A DNA stretch of 39,972 nucleotides. Source: Chitinivibrionales bacterium. Its GTDB lineage: Bacteria > Fibrobacterota > Chitinivibrionia > Chitinivibrionales > WJKA01. A program made the position numbers and the translations under genes. Positions 9,640 to 19,538 of the stretch are shown here, piece after piece; the first letter of the stretch is position 1, and each line of letters starts with the position of its first letter. The notes under the pieces are model-generated. The model saw only the letters and a program-made list of their open reading frames with translations. It did not search any database and had not been told where the DNA came from. The stretch lies in the NCBI GenBank assembly GCA_038247415.1, contig JBBRUX010000037.1:1-39972 (forward strand), given 5' to 3'.

Positions 9640-12286
9640 GCGATATGCTTTCGATGGAAGTTGAATGTTGTTCACGGGTGTATTGAGCACAGTGGCGAAC
9701 CCACTGATTTCCATTTTCCGAGTAGTCTGCAAAAACCGAATCAAGCGTTCGTTCTTGTAAACCAAACTCCTCATGCGCCCGTTTTGCATGAGCATCGGGA
9801 TCGGTAGTTTCTAAAAGAGTAATAACCATCCGATTCGTTTTAAAATCGCCGCTATTGTCAAGTACCTCTACGGCTCGTGCGCGCACTCGTTTATCCGAAT
9901 GAAATAAACGATGCATGATTTTACGAACTTGACCCGATGTATCGAGCATTGCGGCCATGTAGATAAGACTATCGAGCCTAACAGAAATACATTCTTCCTG
10001 AATAACAAATCCTAAGAGTTTGATAGGATCTGTTGAAGGAACTGTACGCAAGGCAGCTACTGCAAGCCAATCGTGATATATAGCAACAAGTTCTTCGCGA
10101 GAAATTGTCTGGAAAATTTTTAAAACACCTTCTCGCCACTTAAACGTTTTAAAGTAAAGTCCGCGCAAAATGATATTTCTCTTGACATAATCGGTTGAAG
10201 TTAACCGCGACACCAAGCTCTCAACGGGAATTCCTCTGGCAACAAGGACTGTAAATGCAATAGCCAAGTCATTGCGCTGTTTTTTAGTAGACCCATCGGA
10301 GAGCGAAAGCAGCAGATCTATGGCGTTATCATAAGGGAATTTAGATAGCCCCGCCACACATTGCTTCCACAGTGGGCGTGTAGAAAATATTCGCACAGGA
10401 TTTTTAATAAAAAGAGTTTCGAATTCGGTAATGAGAGAGGCGACCTCAATTTCACCCGACACAAAAAGGCCGCTCGCGCATTCGGTGTCCTTATCCGATC
10501 GCAGCATTGTATGCACGCGCGATAAAAGCTCATCTTTTTCTGGTGCAGATGCGGATTTAAAGAGCGCAATAATGGTATTTGCTCGAATTCGATTGCTTGA
10601 GTGCATAAGCATAGATCTCAGCAATGCAAAACGATCGGGAGTAAGGGGCAAACGTCCGAGCGCTTCTATACTATTTGCAACAACTCTCTCGTCGAGATCG
10701 GTAAGATGCTTGATAAACACGGGCGACAGTGTGGTATCCTTTAAGCCACCCAATGCAGAAATAATTGTTGCACGGGTTCGCCCTTCAACCGTTGGCAGAT
10801 ACGATAGCAAGAGATCTATTGACTCACGCGATTGAACAACGCTTAATATTTCAATCACATATTCCTGTACATCATGATTTTCCTTGGAGAGTATGTCTTT
10901 AAGGAGATCCATAAAAACTATTTCACGAGGAATCTCATCTACAAAACTAAGCCATTGGGTGTTTTTAGATTTAAAACCCCGCAGATGTTTGGTTAAACTT
11001 TGTGTATAGGTTACGCGTAAGCGTGATGTTTGAATGAGAAGAGCAATTGTTACGCAAAAGAGCACGCCCATTTGCATCCCAAAGGGCATTCTGTTGGTAA
11101 CAAGCAGGAGCCACAAACTTGCAGAAACCATTGCAAGCGGCTTTACAACCCCCTCGATTGCTAATTTGCCGCGGCCCCTAATTGTTTGCGGAAGGCTTGA
11201 GAAAAAAATCTGGAAATTAGGGGAAAAAAACGAATCGAAAAATCCAATACGCATGCCAACGCCCATTACCACACTCCAAAAAAGCATTGCTACCAGTGCA
11301 GGCGCCGCGCTAGGTGTATCCCCAACATACAAACCTATTCCTGTTAACACCCCAAAAACTACACATAAAATAATGGGAAGGATATACATCGAGCGCGTAG
11401 AACCAACTTGACGAAGAATAATTCCTGCAACAGAAAGTTGCAGCAAAAAAGTAACCCCCATAGAAATACCATTAAAATAGCCAAGAAATCCTGCGATAGA
11501 ACGAGCCTGATTCGGACTCGCAGCAAAATACAATTTAAGGGCTGAGTAAAAACCATAATGTTGATTAAAAATCACAAAAAACAAAAGAAAATACAAAAGG
11601 GCCATATTCCACAAAAGCGGTTCAGAACGAACAAGCTTAAGATCCTCTACAAGCGTTCCAATATTCAGAAGAGACCTTTTGCGCCGGTCTGCAACGGGCT
11701 TAAAATTGCGTCCATATTTTTTAAGAAAGGGAACTAGCAATGCTGCTAATCCTAAAACCCCAAATCCCCACACAAAGAGTAGATTCTCTGCAGAAATAAT
11801 ATGCAAAAGCGAAGGAATTGCAAAGGCAATAAGAATGGCCCCAAGCGTTCCGCCTGCCGCAATAAAGGGAAATTCTTTTCCAGCTTTTCGGGAATCAACC
11901 AAATCGTTTGCAAGAGTCCAGAAGAGGAGAAAGACAATGATTTTGGAGACATATGCATACGAAAAAAGGGGGACATATAAAAAGGTAACTTTGGTATAGA
12001 CCGCCATGCGAATAGCTAAAAGAACAATTCCATGAATTACCAAAAACGAGAGAAAAAACTTTCCTCTATCGGTTCGATCGATAACAGCCATAATTAAAGA
12101 TGAAGCAAAAAAGAGAAAAACTGCATTGACAAGAAATAATTTTGGAATATACTGACTTCCAAAAGAAGCCAAAAAGAGAGATTCTGCGGTACTATCGCCC
12201 AATATCGCGGTTGCGAAACAGCAAAACAGTAGGAAAAAGAGTGGTAATTTGTAGCTCGTAGGAAATAATTTCCGAAATGGATTCAT
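9632..12286 (-). CDS. NTT/TLC (Npt-like) MFS transporter fused to HEAT repeats
   Basis: About 12 hydrophobic helices with AESLFL and FWTLANDLVDSRKAGKEFPFI..GGTLG, LPQTIRGRGK; C-terminal HEAT repeats (DLDERVVANSIEALG, HSSNRIRANTIIAL, HSDKRVRARAVEVLD). Confidence 0.8.
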   Translation of the reverse strand: MNPFRKLFPTSYKLPLFFLLFCCFATAILGDSTAESLFLASFGSQYIPKLFLVNAVFLFFASSLIMAVIDRTDRGKFFLSFLVIHGIVLLAIRMAVYTKVTFLYVPLFSYAYVSKIIVFLLFWTLANDLVDSRKAGKEFPFIAAGGTLGAILIAFAIPSLLHIISAENLLFVWGFGVLGLAALLVPFLKKYGRNFKPVADRRKRSLLNIGTLVEDLKLVRSEPLLWNMALLYFLLFFVIFNQHYGFYSALKLYFAASPNQARSIAGFLGYFNGISMGVTFLLQLSVAGIILRQVGSTRSMYILPIILCVVFGVLTGIGLYVGDTPSAAPALVAMLFWSVVMGVGMRIGFFDSFFSPNFQIFFSSLPQTIRGRGKLAIEGVVKPLAMVSASLWLLLVTNRMPFGMQMGVLFCVTIALLIQTSRLRVTYTQSLTKHLRGFKSKNTQWLSFVDEIPREIVFMDLLKDILSKENHDVQEYVIEILSVVQSRESIDLLLSYLPTVEGRTRATIISALGGLKDTTLSPVFIKHLTDLDERVVANSIEALGRLPLTPDRFALLRSMLMHSSNRIRANTIIALFKSASAPEKDELLSRVHTMLRSDKDTECASGLFVSGEIEVASLITEFETLFIKNPVRIFSTRPLWKQCVAGLSKFPYDNAIDLLLSLSDGSTKKQRNDLAIAFTVLVARGIPVESLVSRLTSTDYVKRNIILRGLYFKTFKWREGVLKIFQTISREELVAIYHDWLAVAALRTVPSTDPIKLLGFVIQEECISVRLDSLIYMAAMLDTSGQVRKIMHRLFHSDKRVRARAVEVLDNSGDFKTNRMVITLLETTDPDAHAKRAHEEFGLQERTLDSVFADYSENGNQWVRHCAQYTREQHSTSIESISHV

Positions 12287-12433
12287 TTTTTATGGATACA
12301 ATCTAACTAAAGTGAGCCACCACACCAATTAATTTACCTCAATGAGACGATCTCTTTGTCGAAGTGCCTTGGCACGTTATATTTTAATCAATTAAAGCTA
12401 ATTTCATGCGTACGTTCAACAGAAGGACATTTG

Positions 12434-12652
12434 ATGGCCAAACAGGATTCGATTCAGGTAGAAGCAACTGTCGAAGAAACTTTGCCCAACGCTACTTTTA
12501 AAGTAATTCTCGATAACAAACATTCTATTCTTGCTCATATCAGCGGAAAGATGCGCAAAAATTACATTCGTATTTTGCCCGGCGACCGTGTATTAGTCGA
12601 ACTTTCCCCCTACGACCTTTCTCGCGGCCGGATAACATACCGCTATAAATAA
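12434..12652 (+). CDS. infA: Translation initiation factor IF-1
   Basis: [22 protein letters not shown]...[39 protein letters not shown], 72 aa; GAAGGA upstream. Confidence 0.98.
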   Translation: MAKQDSIQVEATVEETLPNATFKVILDNKHSILAHISGKMRKNYIRILPGDRVLVELSPYDLSRGRITYRYK

Positions 12653-12681
12653 AAGGTCTCTGCATTGCTTGGTTAGGGGGC

Positions 12682-13827
12682 TTAAGCAATCTTTGAATGA
12701 TTAAATCCCAGTGCTCCCAATACATCGAGAGCCCCCTGGTCACATGATCCGACCTTACAGCGAACCTCTCGCTCGGAAAATTCATCGCGATGAGGGTAGT
12801 TTTTTCTTAACCCGTCGAAATAGTCCCCTACTTTTTCCTGACTAATTTGGGCGCCTTTACGCAAGGTAGCGTCATCTCGCATTATGGGATATGTTTGAGA
12901 GATCGCATCGTACAACGGATCCAAACTTCCTGTTACGTCAACTATGGTGCAAGGATTCACGACATCGGCAGCATGCTCCTGCCACTTATTTTCTGCAAAG
13001 AAGTATGCGCATGCCGAATCGTAAATCATACGCGTTCCAAGACGTTTTCCCCGCGCTGAGTATCCTGCAATATGCGGTGTTGCAATAGTAGCAAGCCGGA
13101 TCAGGTCCCGATTAATATTTGGTTCATTGTACCACACATCGAGAATCATGCCCCCAAGTTTGCCGCAGGCACTCAAAAGCGCAGATTCATCTACCACTTT
13201 TCCTCGCGATGTATTGATAAACACAGCACCTTCTTTTACAAAAGAAAATGCCTGATCGGAAATGAGATGATAGGTGCTATCGCTACCATCGTATTCCAGA
13301 GGAACATGAATCGTAATAAAATCGGCCTCAGAAAGAGCTTCTGGCAAAGAAAGGTATAAATCGCTACCCGTAAGACGTTTTTTTGGCGGATCACATAACA
13401 GACACTTCATCCCTAAAATTTGAGCAGCCTTAAGTACGCGGGAACCAACATTTCCTACACCAATGATGGCAAGCGTTTTATCAGCAAGATTTACATTGTG
13501 TGATTTTGAATATTCGATAAGTGCCGAGACAACGTACTGTGAAGCCGAATCTGCATTTGAGCCTGCAGCATAGGCAAACCCAATTGAACTATTACGCAAG
13601 AATTGAGTATCGATATGATCAACGCCAATCGTTGCAGTGCCTACAAATCGAACTTTAGAATCTTTGAGCAAAGATTCATCGACACGTGTAACCGATCGAA
13701 CAAGAAGTATTTCCGCATCGCGAAGATGCGCTGCAGTGATACTGCGTCCTGAAAGTGTTTGAACCTCTCCAAAATCGGAAAAGACCTCACTAACAAGGGG
13801 AATATTAACGTCAGCGACAATCTTCAT
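12682..13827 (-). CDS. pdxB: Erythronate-4-phosphate dehydrogenase
   Basis: MKIVADVNIP, LLVRSVTRVD, GTATIGVDHID, GVGNVG, DPP, HVPL, INTSRG, DVWYNEP, TPHIAGYS, FDGLRKNYP. Confidence 0.93.
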   Translation of the reverse strand: MKIVADVNIPLVSEVFSDFGEVQTLSGRSITAAHLRDAEILLVRSVTRVDESLLKDSKVRFVGTATIGVDHIDTQFLRNSSIGFAYAAGSNADSASQYVVSALIEYSKSHNVNLADKTLAIIGVGNVGSRVLKAAQILGMKCLLCDPPKKRLTGSDLYLSLPEALSEADFITIHVPLEYDGSDSTYHLISDQAFSFVKEGAVFINTSRGKVVDESALLSACGKLGGMILDVWYNEPNINRDLIRLATIATPHIAGYSARGKRLGTRMIYDSACAYFFAENKWQEHAADVVNPCTIVDVTGSLDPLYDAISQTYPIMRDDATLRKGAQISQEKVGDYFDGLRKNYPHRDEFSEREVRCKVGSCDQGALDVLGALGFNHSKIA

Positions 13828-13962
13828 AGCAATTCATGATTCTTTTCTTGGGTAATTGCAGATATAATGATGTGAATGATATAAATATAGTAATCTCAAT
13901 GCTGCTCTTTTGTATATTTTATCATTTAAGACATATAACTTCTAAGAATAAAGAAACTGCCC

Positions 13963-14916
13963 ATGGATTTTAAATCGCGAATACAAAGTTCACTTATAGC
14001 CGGCATTGTTGGCGACGCCCGAGGCGTGCCTCTTTCCCCGGATATATCCGAAGAACTCTCCCTTGTTTCCGTTAAAAACAATTTAGGCTATGGCCGCTAT
14101 GACGAGTCCGAAGGGACGTGGTCCGATGATACCGCGCTCGTCTTATGTACCATCGAAGGTTTGCTCGATGGATTTAACCTCCCTGAAATTGGCAAACTAT
14201 TCACGCAGTGGCTGTTTGCCTCGTATCAGACTGCTCATGGGTACGTTTACGATTGTGGGCTCACCTCTTTTGTGGCTCTTGACAATTTGCACTCTGGTCG
14301 ATTTTCGGTAACCGAATGCGGCGGCAAGCTCGAAGACGACAATGGAAACGGTGCTCTCATGCGAATTCTTCCTGCTGCCATTTACTTCGCACACAAACCC
14401 GTCGACCTTTTTCTTGAATCTATTCATCAGATTGCGAGTATTACGCATGCGCATCCACGCAATAATATAGCGTGCGGCATTTATAGTCTCCTTATTCGCG
14501 AATTATTTTACGAATCTCAAAAAGAAGAGGCCCTCAACAAGGCATTAGCAATCGCTATGGAATACTACACTGCGCGACCTATCTTCAAAGAAGAACTCGG
14601 GCATTTCATGAGGATTCTCAATGGTCGCATCACTGCCGTTGATCAACAAGAAATTGTTGAATCGGGATATGTCGTAGATACGCTTGAAGCTGCACTGTGG
14701 TGTTTCTATCATTTTAACTCAACGCAACAAATTATTACTGCATCAATAGGATTAGGACTTGATACCGATACCACGGGTATGATTGCCGGAGGGCTGGCAG
14801 GGGCCTATTACGGATTAGATTCCATTCCACCAGACTGGATTACTACGCTCGCGCGAAAAAACGACCTTGACACACTTATCGATCGTTTTGCAAAGGTAGT
14901 ACCTCCATGTATCTGA
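13963..14916 (+). CDS. ADP-ribosylglycohydrolase family protein (DraG/ARH-like)
   Basis: GDARGVP, GTWSDDT, NGNGALMRILP, THAHP, GYVVDTLEAALW, GLDTDTTGMIAGGLAGA. Confidence 0.9.
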   Translation: MDFKSRIQSSLIAGIVGDARGVPLSPDISEELSLVSVKNNLGYGRYDESEGTWSDDTALVLCTIEGLLDGFNLPEIGKLFTQWLFASYQTAHGYVYDCGLTSFVALDNLHSGRFSVTECGGKLEDDNGNGALMRILPAAIYFAHKPVDLFLESIHQIASITHAHPRNNIACGIYSLLIRELFYESQKEEALNKALAIAMEYYTARPIFKEELGHFMRILNGRITAVDQQEIVESGYVVDTLEAALWCFYHFNSTQQIITASIGLGLDTDTTGMIAGGLAGAYYGLDSIPPDWITTLARKNDLDTLIDRFAKVVPPCI

Positions 14917-14956
14917 CCTCTTTCAAGTTTACTAATAAAGGAACAGAGCGGTTGGT

Positions 14957-15895
14957 ATGAAGCCGGTTCACTTTAGAGATTTCGATATTTTAGTAATTGG
15001 CGAATGCATGGTCGAATTTCGTTGCGATCATGATATTGCAACAGCAGAATCGTTCACCAAAGAAGCAGGCGGGGCAGATTTACTCGTTGCAATCTCCGCA
15101 GCACGGCTTGGTTCTTCCGTTTCGCTTGTTTCTGCTATTGCGCGAGACCCATTTCATGGTATGGTGCGCGAAAATCTTCTTTCACAAGGCGTAAACTTAG
15201 ATCATGTCATTACTGCCCAAGGATTCAACGGTTTGTATATTACTAGTCAGGCAAGTAGCTCCGACCGCGAATATCTCTTTCACCGGCCAGGATCTTCGTC
15301 CGAAGCAATAAATCCTGCCATGATCTACGATGACCTTGTCGAAAATTCAAAAATAGTTTACGGATCAAGCGAACTTCAGTCGGTCTCCAAAGCATGCAGG
15401 CACTCTGTATTCAAGGCTTTTCATCATGCTCATCGCAATGATATCATGGTAGCCTACGACCCTAATCTTCGCCTTGCCCGATGGTCTCTGGATGATGCCA
15501 AAGAGAGCCTCTGGAGCGTTTTACCCCTTCTAGATGTCATTCTCCCTTCTGCACCCGGAGAAACAAAGGCACTCTTTGGATACGAACGCCCCGTCGATGT
15601 AATAGGCTTTTTATGGGATCGAGGAGTTTCGATCGTCGTTGTTAAAAACGGAAGTCATGGATGCATGGTAGGATACGATGGCAAAATCGAAGAAATTTCA
15701 ATTCCCGAGCCACTGTCAAATCAGCACAACTTAACGCTTATCGGGAGTGCCTTTAATGGAGGATTTCTCCATGGTATTGCAAAAGGACACGACCCTTTTG
15801 CATCTGCTCAATTTGCAGTACAGGTGGCGCATTTCAAAGCTCATCACCCTGGTGGCATTGCATCTTTGCCTACAAACAAAGATCTTTGCATATAG
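14957..15895 (+). CDS. PfkB/ribokinase-fold protein (KDG-kinase-like) with degenerate catalytic motif
   Basis: VIGECMVEF, GGAD..VAISAARLG, YDPNLRLARW, VVVKNGSHG; the DTxGAGD motif reads NLTLIGS. Confidence 0.85.
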   Translation: MKPVHFRDFDILVIGECMVEFRCDHDIATAESFTKEAGGADLLVAISAARLGSSVSLVSAIARDPFHGMVRENLLSQGVNLDHVITAQGFNGLYITSQASSSDREYLFHRPGSSSEAINPAMIYDDLVENSKIVYGSSELQSVSKACRHSVFKAFHHAHRNDIMVAYDPNLRLARWSLDDAKESLWSVLPLLDVILPSAPGETKALFGYERPVDVIGFLWDRGVSIVVVKNGSHGCMVGYDGKIEEISIPEPLSNQHNLTLIGSAFNGGFLHGIAKGHDPFASAQFAVQVAHFKAHHPGGIASLPTNKDLCI

Positions 15896-15904
15896 GCACT
15901 TTGC

Positions 15905-17473
15905 CTATTCTTCCGAACTAAATTCAAAGGGATAATTTACCGTCAAGTCCCCTAAACTATCTGGCACAGGGATAAATGTCCAAGCCCTAACGCGTTCCAG
16001 CACCGATTCTTCAAATTCTGTCTCGCCAAGATTCGAGCTGATAGTGCGCACTTTTTTAACCGTACCATCTGATCCTATTTTTATTTCTACGTCCATTTTT
16101 CCCGCAAATGTTGCTCCAGCACGCAATTTTTTATTATACAAATAGCGCAATTGCTGAGAATTTTCATCGATAACTTTTTTAATTGCTGTTGGTCTGCGAT
16201 AGGGGTTGTCTTTAAGATCTCGTGTTCTTTCGAGCTCCTTGACATCTGTTACCGAAAGTTTCCCCGTTGCGATCATTTCGTTACGTATTTTTTCCAGCTC
16301 TTCTTGCTTTTTTGCATCTTCCTCGCCACTTAAATCGAGGTAACCGATTTGGTTGATAATTTTAAGCAGAGAATCATTGTTTTTTGGTCGGGGCCCTTTA
16401 TCTGCATCGGTGTTGAGCAAGTCTCGGCGCAATGAATTTTGCGACACCATCTCCGACAATTGATTAAGCGTAGTCATGAATCCTTGATCCTGATACGCAG
16501 CAAGCTGCTTTTTAGCTTCATCGGCGAGCTGCTTTTTCTGATCATAAAAATCCCCCAGCATCACCATGCGTCTATTTGCTTGGCGCGCAAATTCCTTCGT
16601 GGCATCGGTTCGCATTACCTTATAATATTCTGCAACAGCTTCATCTATTTCGCCAAGTTCTTCATGCGATCGCCCTTTGTAAAAGGCTGCAGCTGCAACT
16701 AATGAATCGACAGGATTTTGCATAAATGTGGAAAAGTATTTAATTGCGTTTCGATAATCCATAAGCAAATAATACTGCCGTGCCTTTTCGAAATCGGAAA
16801 GCGTTTGCGAAGCAAGATCGGCACGCTCTTTTTCCATATTTTGAATAAAATCTAAAAGTTTCCACGAAAGGATACCGGCTTGGGTAGAGGGATAAGCATT
16901 GATCACTTGCTCATAAATCGATTTGGAAATATCATACTCAGAGAGCATCGAATGGCAAAAGGCCTTGTGAGCCATTACAGCAGCCATAACCTCTGGATCT
17001 ACTCCAGTTTTGCCAATGATATCGCTATATATCTTGATTGCCTCAGAATACCGTCGGTTCCGCTCCCAAAAATACCCTAATTCAACAACCTTAACAATAG
17101 GGTTTTCTACTAGGGTACTAATGCGTGGTTGACCCATAGAAAATCTAACAATATTGAGCGCACATCGTACGGGTTCGAGTAGGAAGCGTTGTGCAAATCG
17201 TTCTTTTTTACTTTCGGGAATTGCATCATCGGTGAGTGCGCTCACGCGGGCTTCGAGTTCAAAGTTTTTAATATCGTCTTCGCCGTATTGTATTCGACGC
17301 TTTATAAGTTCGTATTTTGCAACAATACCAAAGGTCTTTGTGATATCCTGGTCGACCGTTATTTTACCTATAAGGTATTTAATTTCGTCGAGGCGAACAT
17401 CCACGAGGCCAACATTAAATGCTATGGTTCCCAGTATAAAAAGGACAAGAGCTATGCGTGTTAGTAAGTTCAT
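15905..17473 (-). CDS. TPR protein with C-terminal AgmX/PglI-like (TonB-C-like) domain
   Basis: N-terminal hydrophobic anchor, TPR-like helices, C-terminal LRYLYNKKLR...GKMDVEIKIGSDGTV...SSNLGETEFEESVLERVRAWTF...VNYPFEF. Confidence 0.75.
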   Translation of the reverse strand: MNLLTRIALVLFILGTIAFNVGLVDVRLDEIKYLIGKITVDQDITKTFGIVAKYELIKRRIQYGEDDIKNFELEARVSALTDDAIPESKKERFAQRFLLEPVRCALNIVRFSMGQPRISTLVENPIVKVVELGYFWERNRRYSEAIKIYSDIIGKTGVDPEVMAAVMAHKAFCHSMLSEYDISKSIYEQVINAYPSTQAGILSWKLLDFIQNMEKERADLASQTLSDFEKARQYYLLMDYRNAIKYFSTFMQNPVDSLVAAAAFYKGRSHEELGEIDEAVAEYYKVMRTDATKEFARQANRRMVMLGDFYDQKKQLADEAKKQLAAYQDQGFMTTLNQLSEMVSQNSLRRDLLNTDADKGPRPKNNDSLLKIINQIGYLDLSGEEDAKKQEELEKIRNEMIATGKLSVTDVKELERTRDLKDNPYRRPTAIKKVIDENSQQLRYLYNKKLRAGATFAGKMDVEIKIGSDGTVKKVRTISSNLGETEFEESVLERVRAWTFIPVPDSLGDLTVNYPFEFSSEE

Positions 17474-17479
17474 AGCTCT

Positions 17480-18847
17480 TTATGTATGCGCCGGTGCGGG
17501 TTGTGCGCCGGGAGGTGTAGCACTAGCAACAGCTCCAGTGCGCCGATCTATTGCATAACACGATCCATCCTGGCTCTTGACATGTTTTTTAACTTCTGCA
17601 GCAACCTGAATCATTTCTGCATGGCGTCTGAAAGGACGCAACTTGTTGCTTACCACGGCAATAGAAATACTCATGAGCGGGAAGCGCTGACGTTGTCCTT
17701 GACGGTTTACCGACTCGATAAACCCATTGCGGGCATCGGTGCTATTATAGAATTGAGGTACTCCCCTATCGAATGTGGTAATAAAGGATTTGGCGAAAAC
17801 TTCCCAATATTCATAACCACATACCACAACAAAGTCGTCACCGCCTTCGTGGCCAACAAATACATTGGCCATATCTTTGCGCTTTGATGTTGCAATAAGG
17901 CTATCGCGAGTGTACATAATCGCTTCATCGCCTTTTGTAAACCCGTATTTATCGTTAAAGGCCTTAAAATTATCCAAATCGCAATAGAGCACACAAATAC
18001 ATTTGCCAGCAGAAAGACAATCATCAATATACCGTGCAATAGTAATATTTCCAGGAAGCCCTGTGAGCGGATTGGCCCCCTTAGCTTCATCGCGCATACG
18101 TTGAAATGCAACGCTCATTTCATTAAAAGACGAAGCCAGTCGGCCTATTTCGTCATCGCGTACGATAGGAACACGTATGTCAAGTTTTCCTGCGGCAATC
18201 GAATGTGTGGCTTCGGTGAGTTTGCGAAGAGGGAAAAGAATCATTTGCGATAATACCCATGCAAAAATAACATGGATTATAATAAGAAGCATAGCAATAA
18301 AAAAACATTGACGATACAAATGAGCCATTGCTTCATCGATATCTTTCATTGCCAGGTTTATGTATGCAACCCCGATTTTATCACTTTGATAGGTAAACGG
18401 TATGTACAATTCGATCGTCTTGTTTTTCTTATCGACATTATGATAAAAAAGTTTTTGCTCAAAATCGCGCTTTGTGATGGCCATATTGATCATTTTAAGT
18501 TCAATCAGATCGGCCTTTTCTTTACTCGTTTGAACATTATTACGAATATCAACAAATACCTGCCCACCCTCGCTAAAAAGCGTGATAGTTTTGATATTTA
18601 GAGTTGATGCTTCCTTAAGAATTTTATTGATAACACCAACCGAGAGATCTTCGTTACCTACAAGTGAATTGTCTATGCGGTATTTTAGACTGGATCCTGT
18701 ATGCTGACTTGTCAATATGGCATTTTCTACAATAAGGCCTGTTTGGTTAACAAAAACCATCACATTAAAAACGGTCACATTGATGATAGTAACTGCGATA
18801 TAAATAAAAATGGTTTTAGAAACGATCGACTTTGCGTTGAATTTCAT
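17480..18847 (-). CDS. Membrane diguanylate cyclase (two TM, HAMP, GGDEF)
   Basis: HAMP (PLRKLTEATHSIAAG..DEIGRLASSFNEM); ANPLTGLPGN, DLDNFKAFNDKYG, GHEGGDDF; start placed at ATG 18847 (MKFNAK). Confidence 0.88.
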   Translation of the reverse strand: MKFNAKSIVSKTIFIYIAVTIINVTVFNVMVFVNQTGLIVENAILTSQHTGSSLKYRIDNSLVGNEDLSVGVINKILKEASTLNIKTITLFSEGGQVFVDIRNNVQTSKEKADLIELKMINMAITKRDFEQKLFYHNVDKKNKTIELYIPFTYQSDKIGVAYINLAMKDIDEAMAHLYRQCFFIAMLLIIIHVIFAWVLSQMILFPLRKLTEATHSIAAGKLDIRVPIVRDDEIGRLASSFNEMSVAFQRMRDEAKGANPLTGLPGNITIARYIDDCLSAGKCICVLYCDLDNFKAFNDKYGFTKGDEAIMYTRDSLIATSKRKDMANVFVGHEGGDDFVVVCGYEYWEVFAKSFITTFDRGVPQFYNSTDARNGFIESVNRQGQRQRFPLMSISIAVVSNKLRPFRRHAEMIQVAAEVKKHVKSQDGSCYAIDRRTGAVASATPPGAQPAPAHT

Positions 18848-19242
18848 AGGTAGGTATTCCTTGGATAGGCCATGTGCCAAAAAGCATTCATTCACGTTAA
18901 ATAATATGATTGCGGAGCATACAAGTCAAGAGGTGGAAACCGTATCAACTTAGACATTTTCAATCATTTAGAAGGATAAAAGGGCAACTTAGGCCTCGTT
19001 GTACTTGCTAACCTCAAAGAGCACCCCTTTTTAGTCCAGGTTTTTGATGATTTACCCTTATTATTTAGGGTAGGATGATTTTTTGGTGAATATTTTTTCG
19101 CGAAAGCTTTTTTGAAAGTAGAAAACCATGATTGAAGAAAAAGAGCAGGTTATTGATATGATTTGTTCATTGGGGAACAATATGGCTAACGCATGGTAAT
19201 GTTTTCCGGGAAGAGGATCGGGATGCCCTCCAGAAAATGGCT

Positions 19243-19416
19243 TTTCATGGAGAGGTAAGAAATTTCTCGCCAGTACAGCTAGATTAATCCAAGCCATTCG
19301 GGGAAGATACTGCATCCGGCCCAATGGAAATACTACTTGTTTCTTTAGGCACATGCACAGGTTCAGGAGTAGCACTCCTGCTCCGGAAAATGGGGCGGAC
19401 GGTAGAATCATTTCGG
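19243..19416 (+). pseudogene. OsmC/YhfA-family gene fragment
   Basis: Frame not in the ORF track reads FSWRGKKFLAST...SGPMEILLVSLGTCTGSGVALLLRKMGRTVESF, matching the OsmC pattern PMELLL..LG.C....V...LRKM; the C-terminal half is absent. Confidence 0.6.
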
Positions 19417-19475
19417 GCGACCCCGATTCTCAGACCATTCTGACACTACCCGGCATTGGCGAGTACATCTGTGCC
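19416..19475 (+). pseudogene. Helix-hairpin-helix fragment, possibly IS110-family transposase scar
   Basis: GDPDSQTILTLPGIGEYICA resembles the L.T.PGIG motif; only about 20 codons. Confidence 0.3.
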
Positions 19476-19538
19476 TTCCAAGCCATCTTATTTTATATCC
19501 GCACCATAATAACTTGCCGCACGATACTCATCGGGATG

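Noticed and set aside
19061..19411. 116-aa minus ORF
   Set aside because: No motifs, and it is antisense to the OsmC-like fragment
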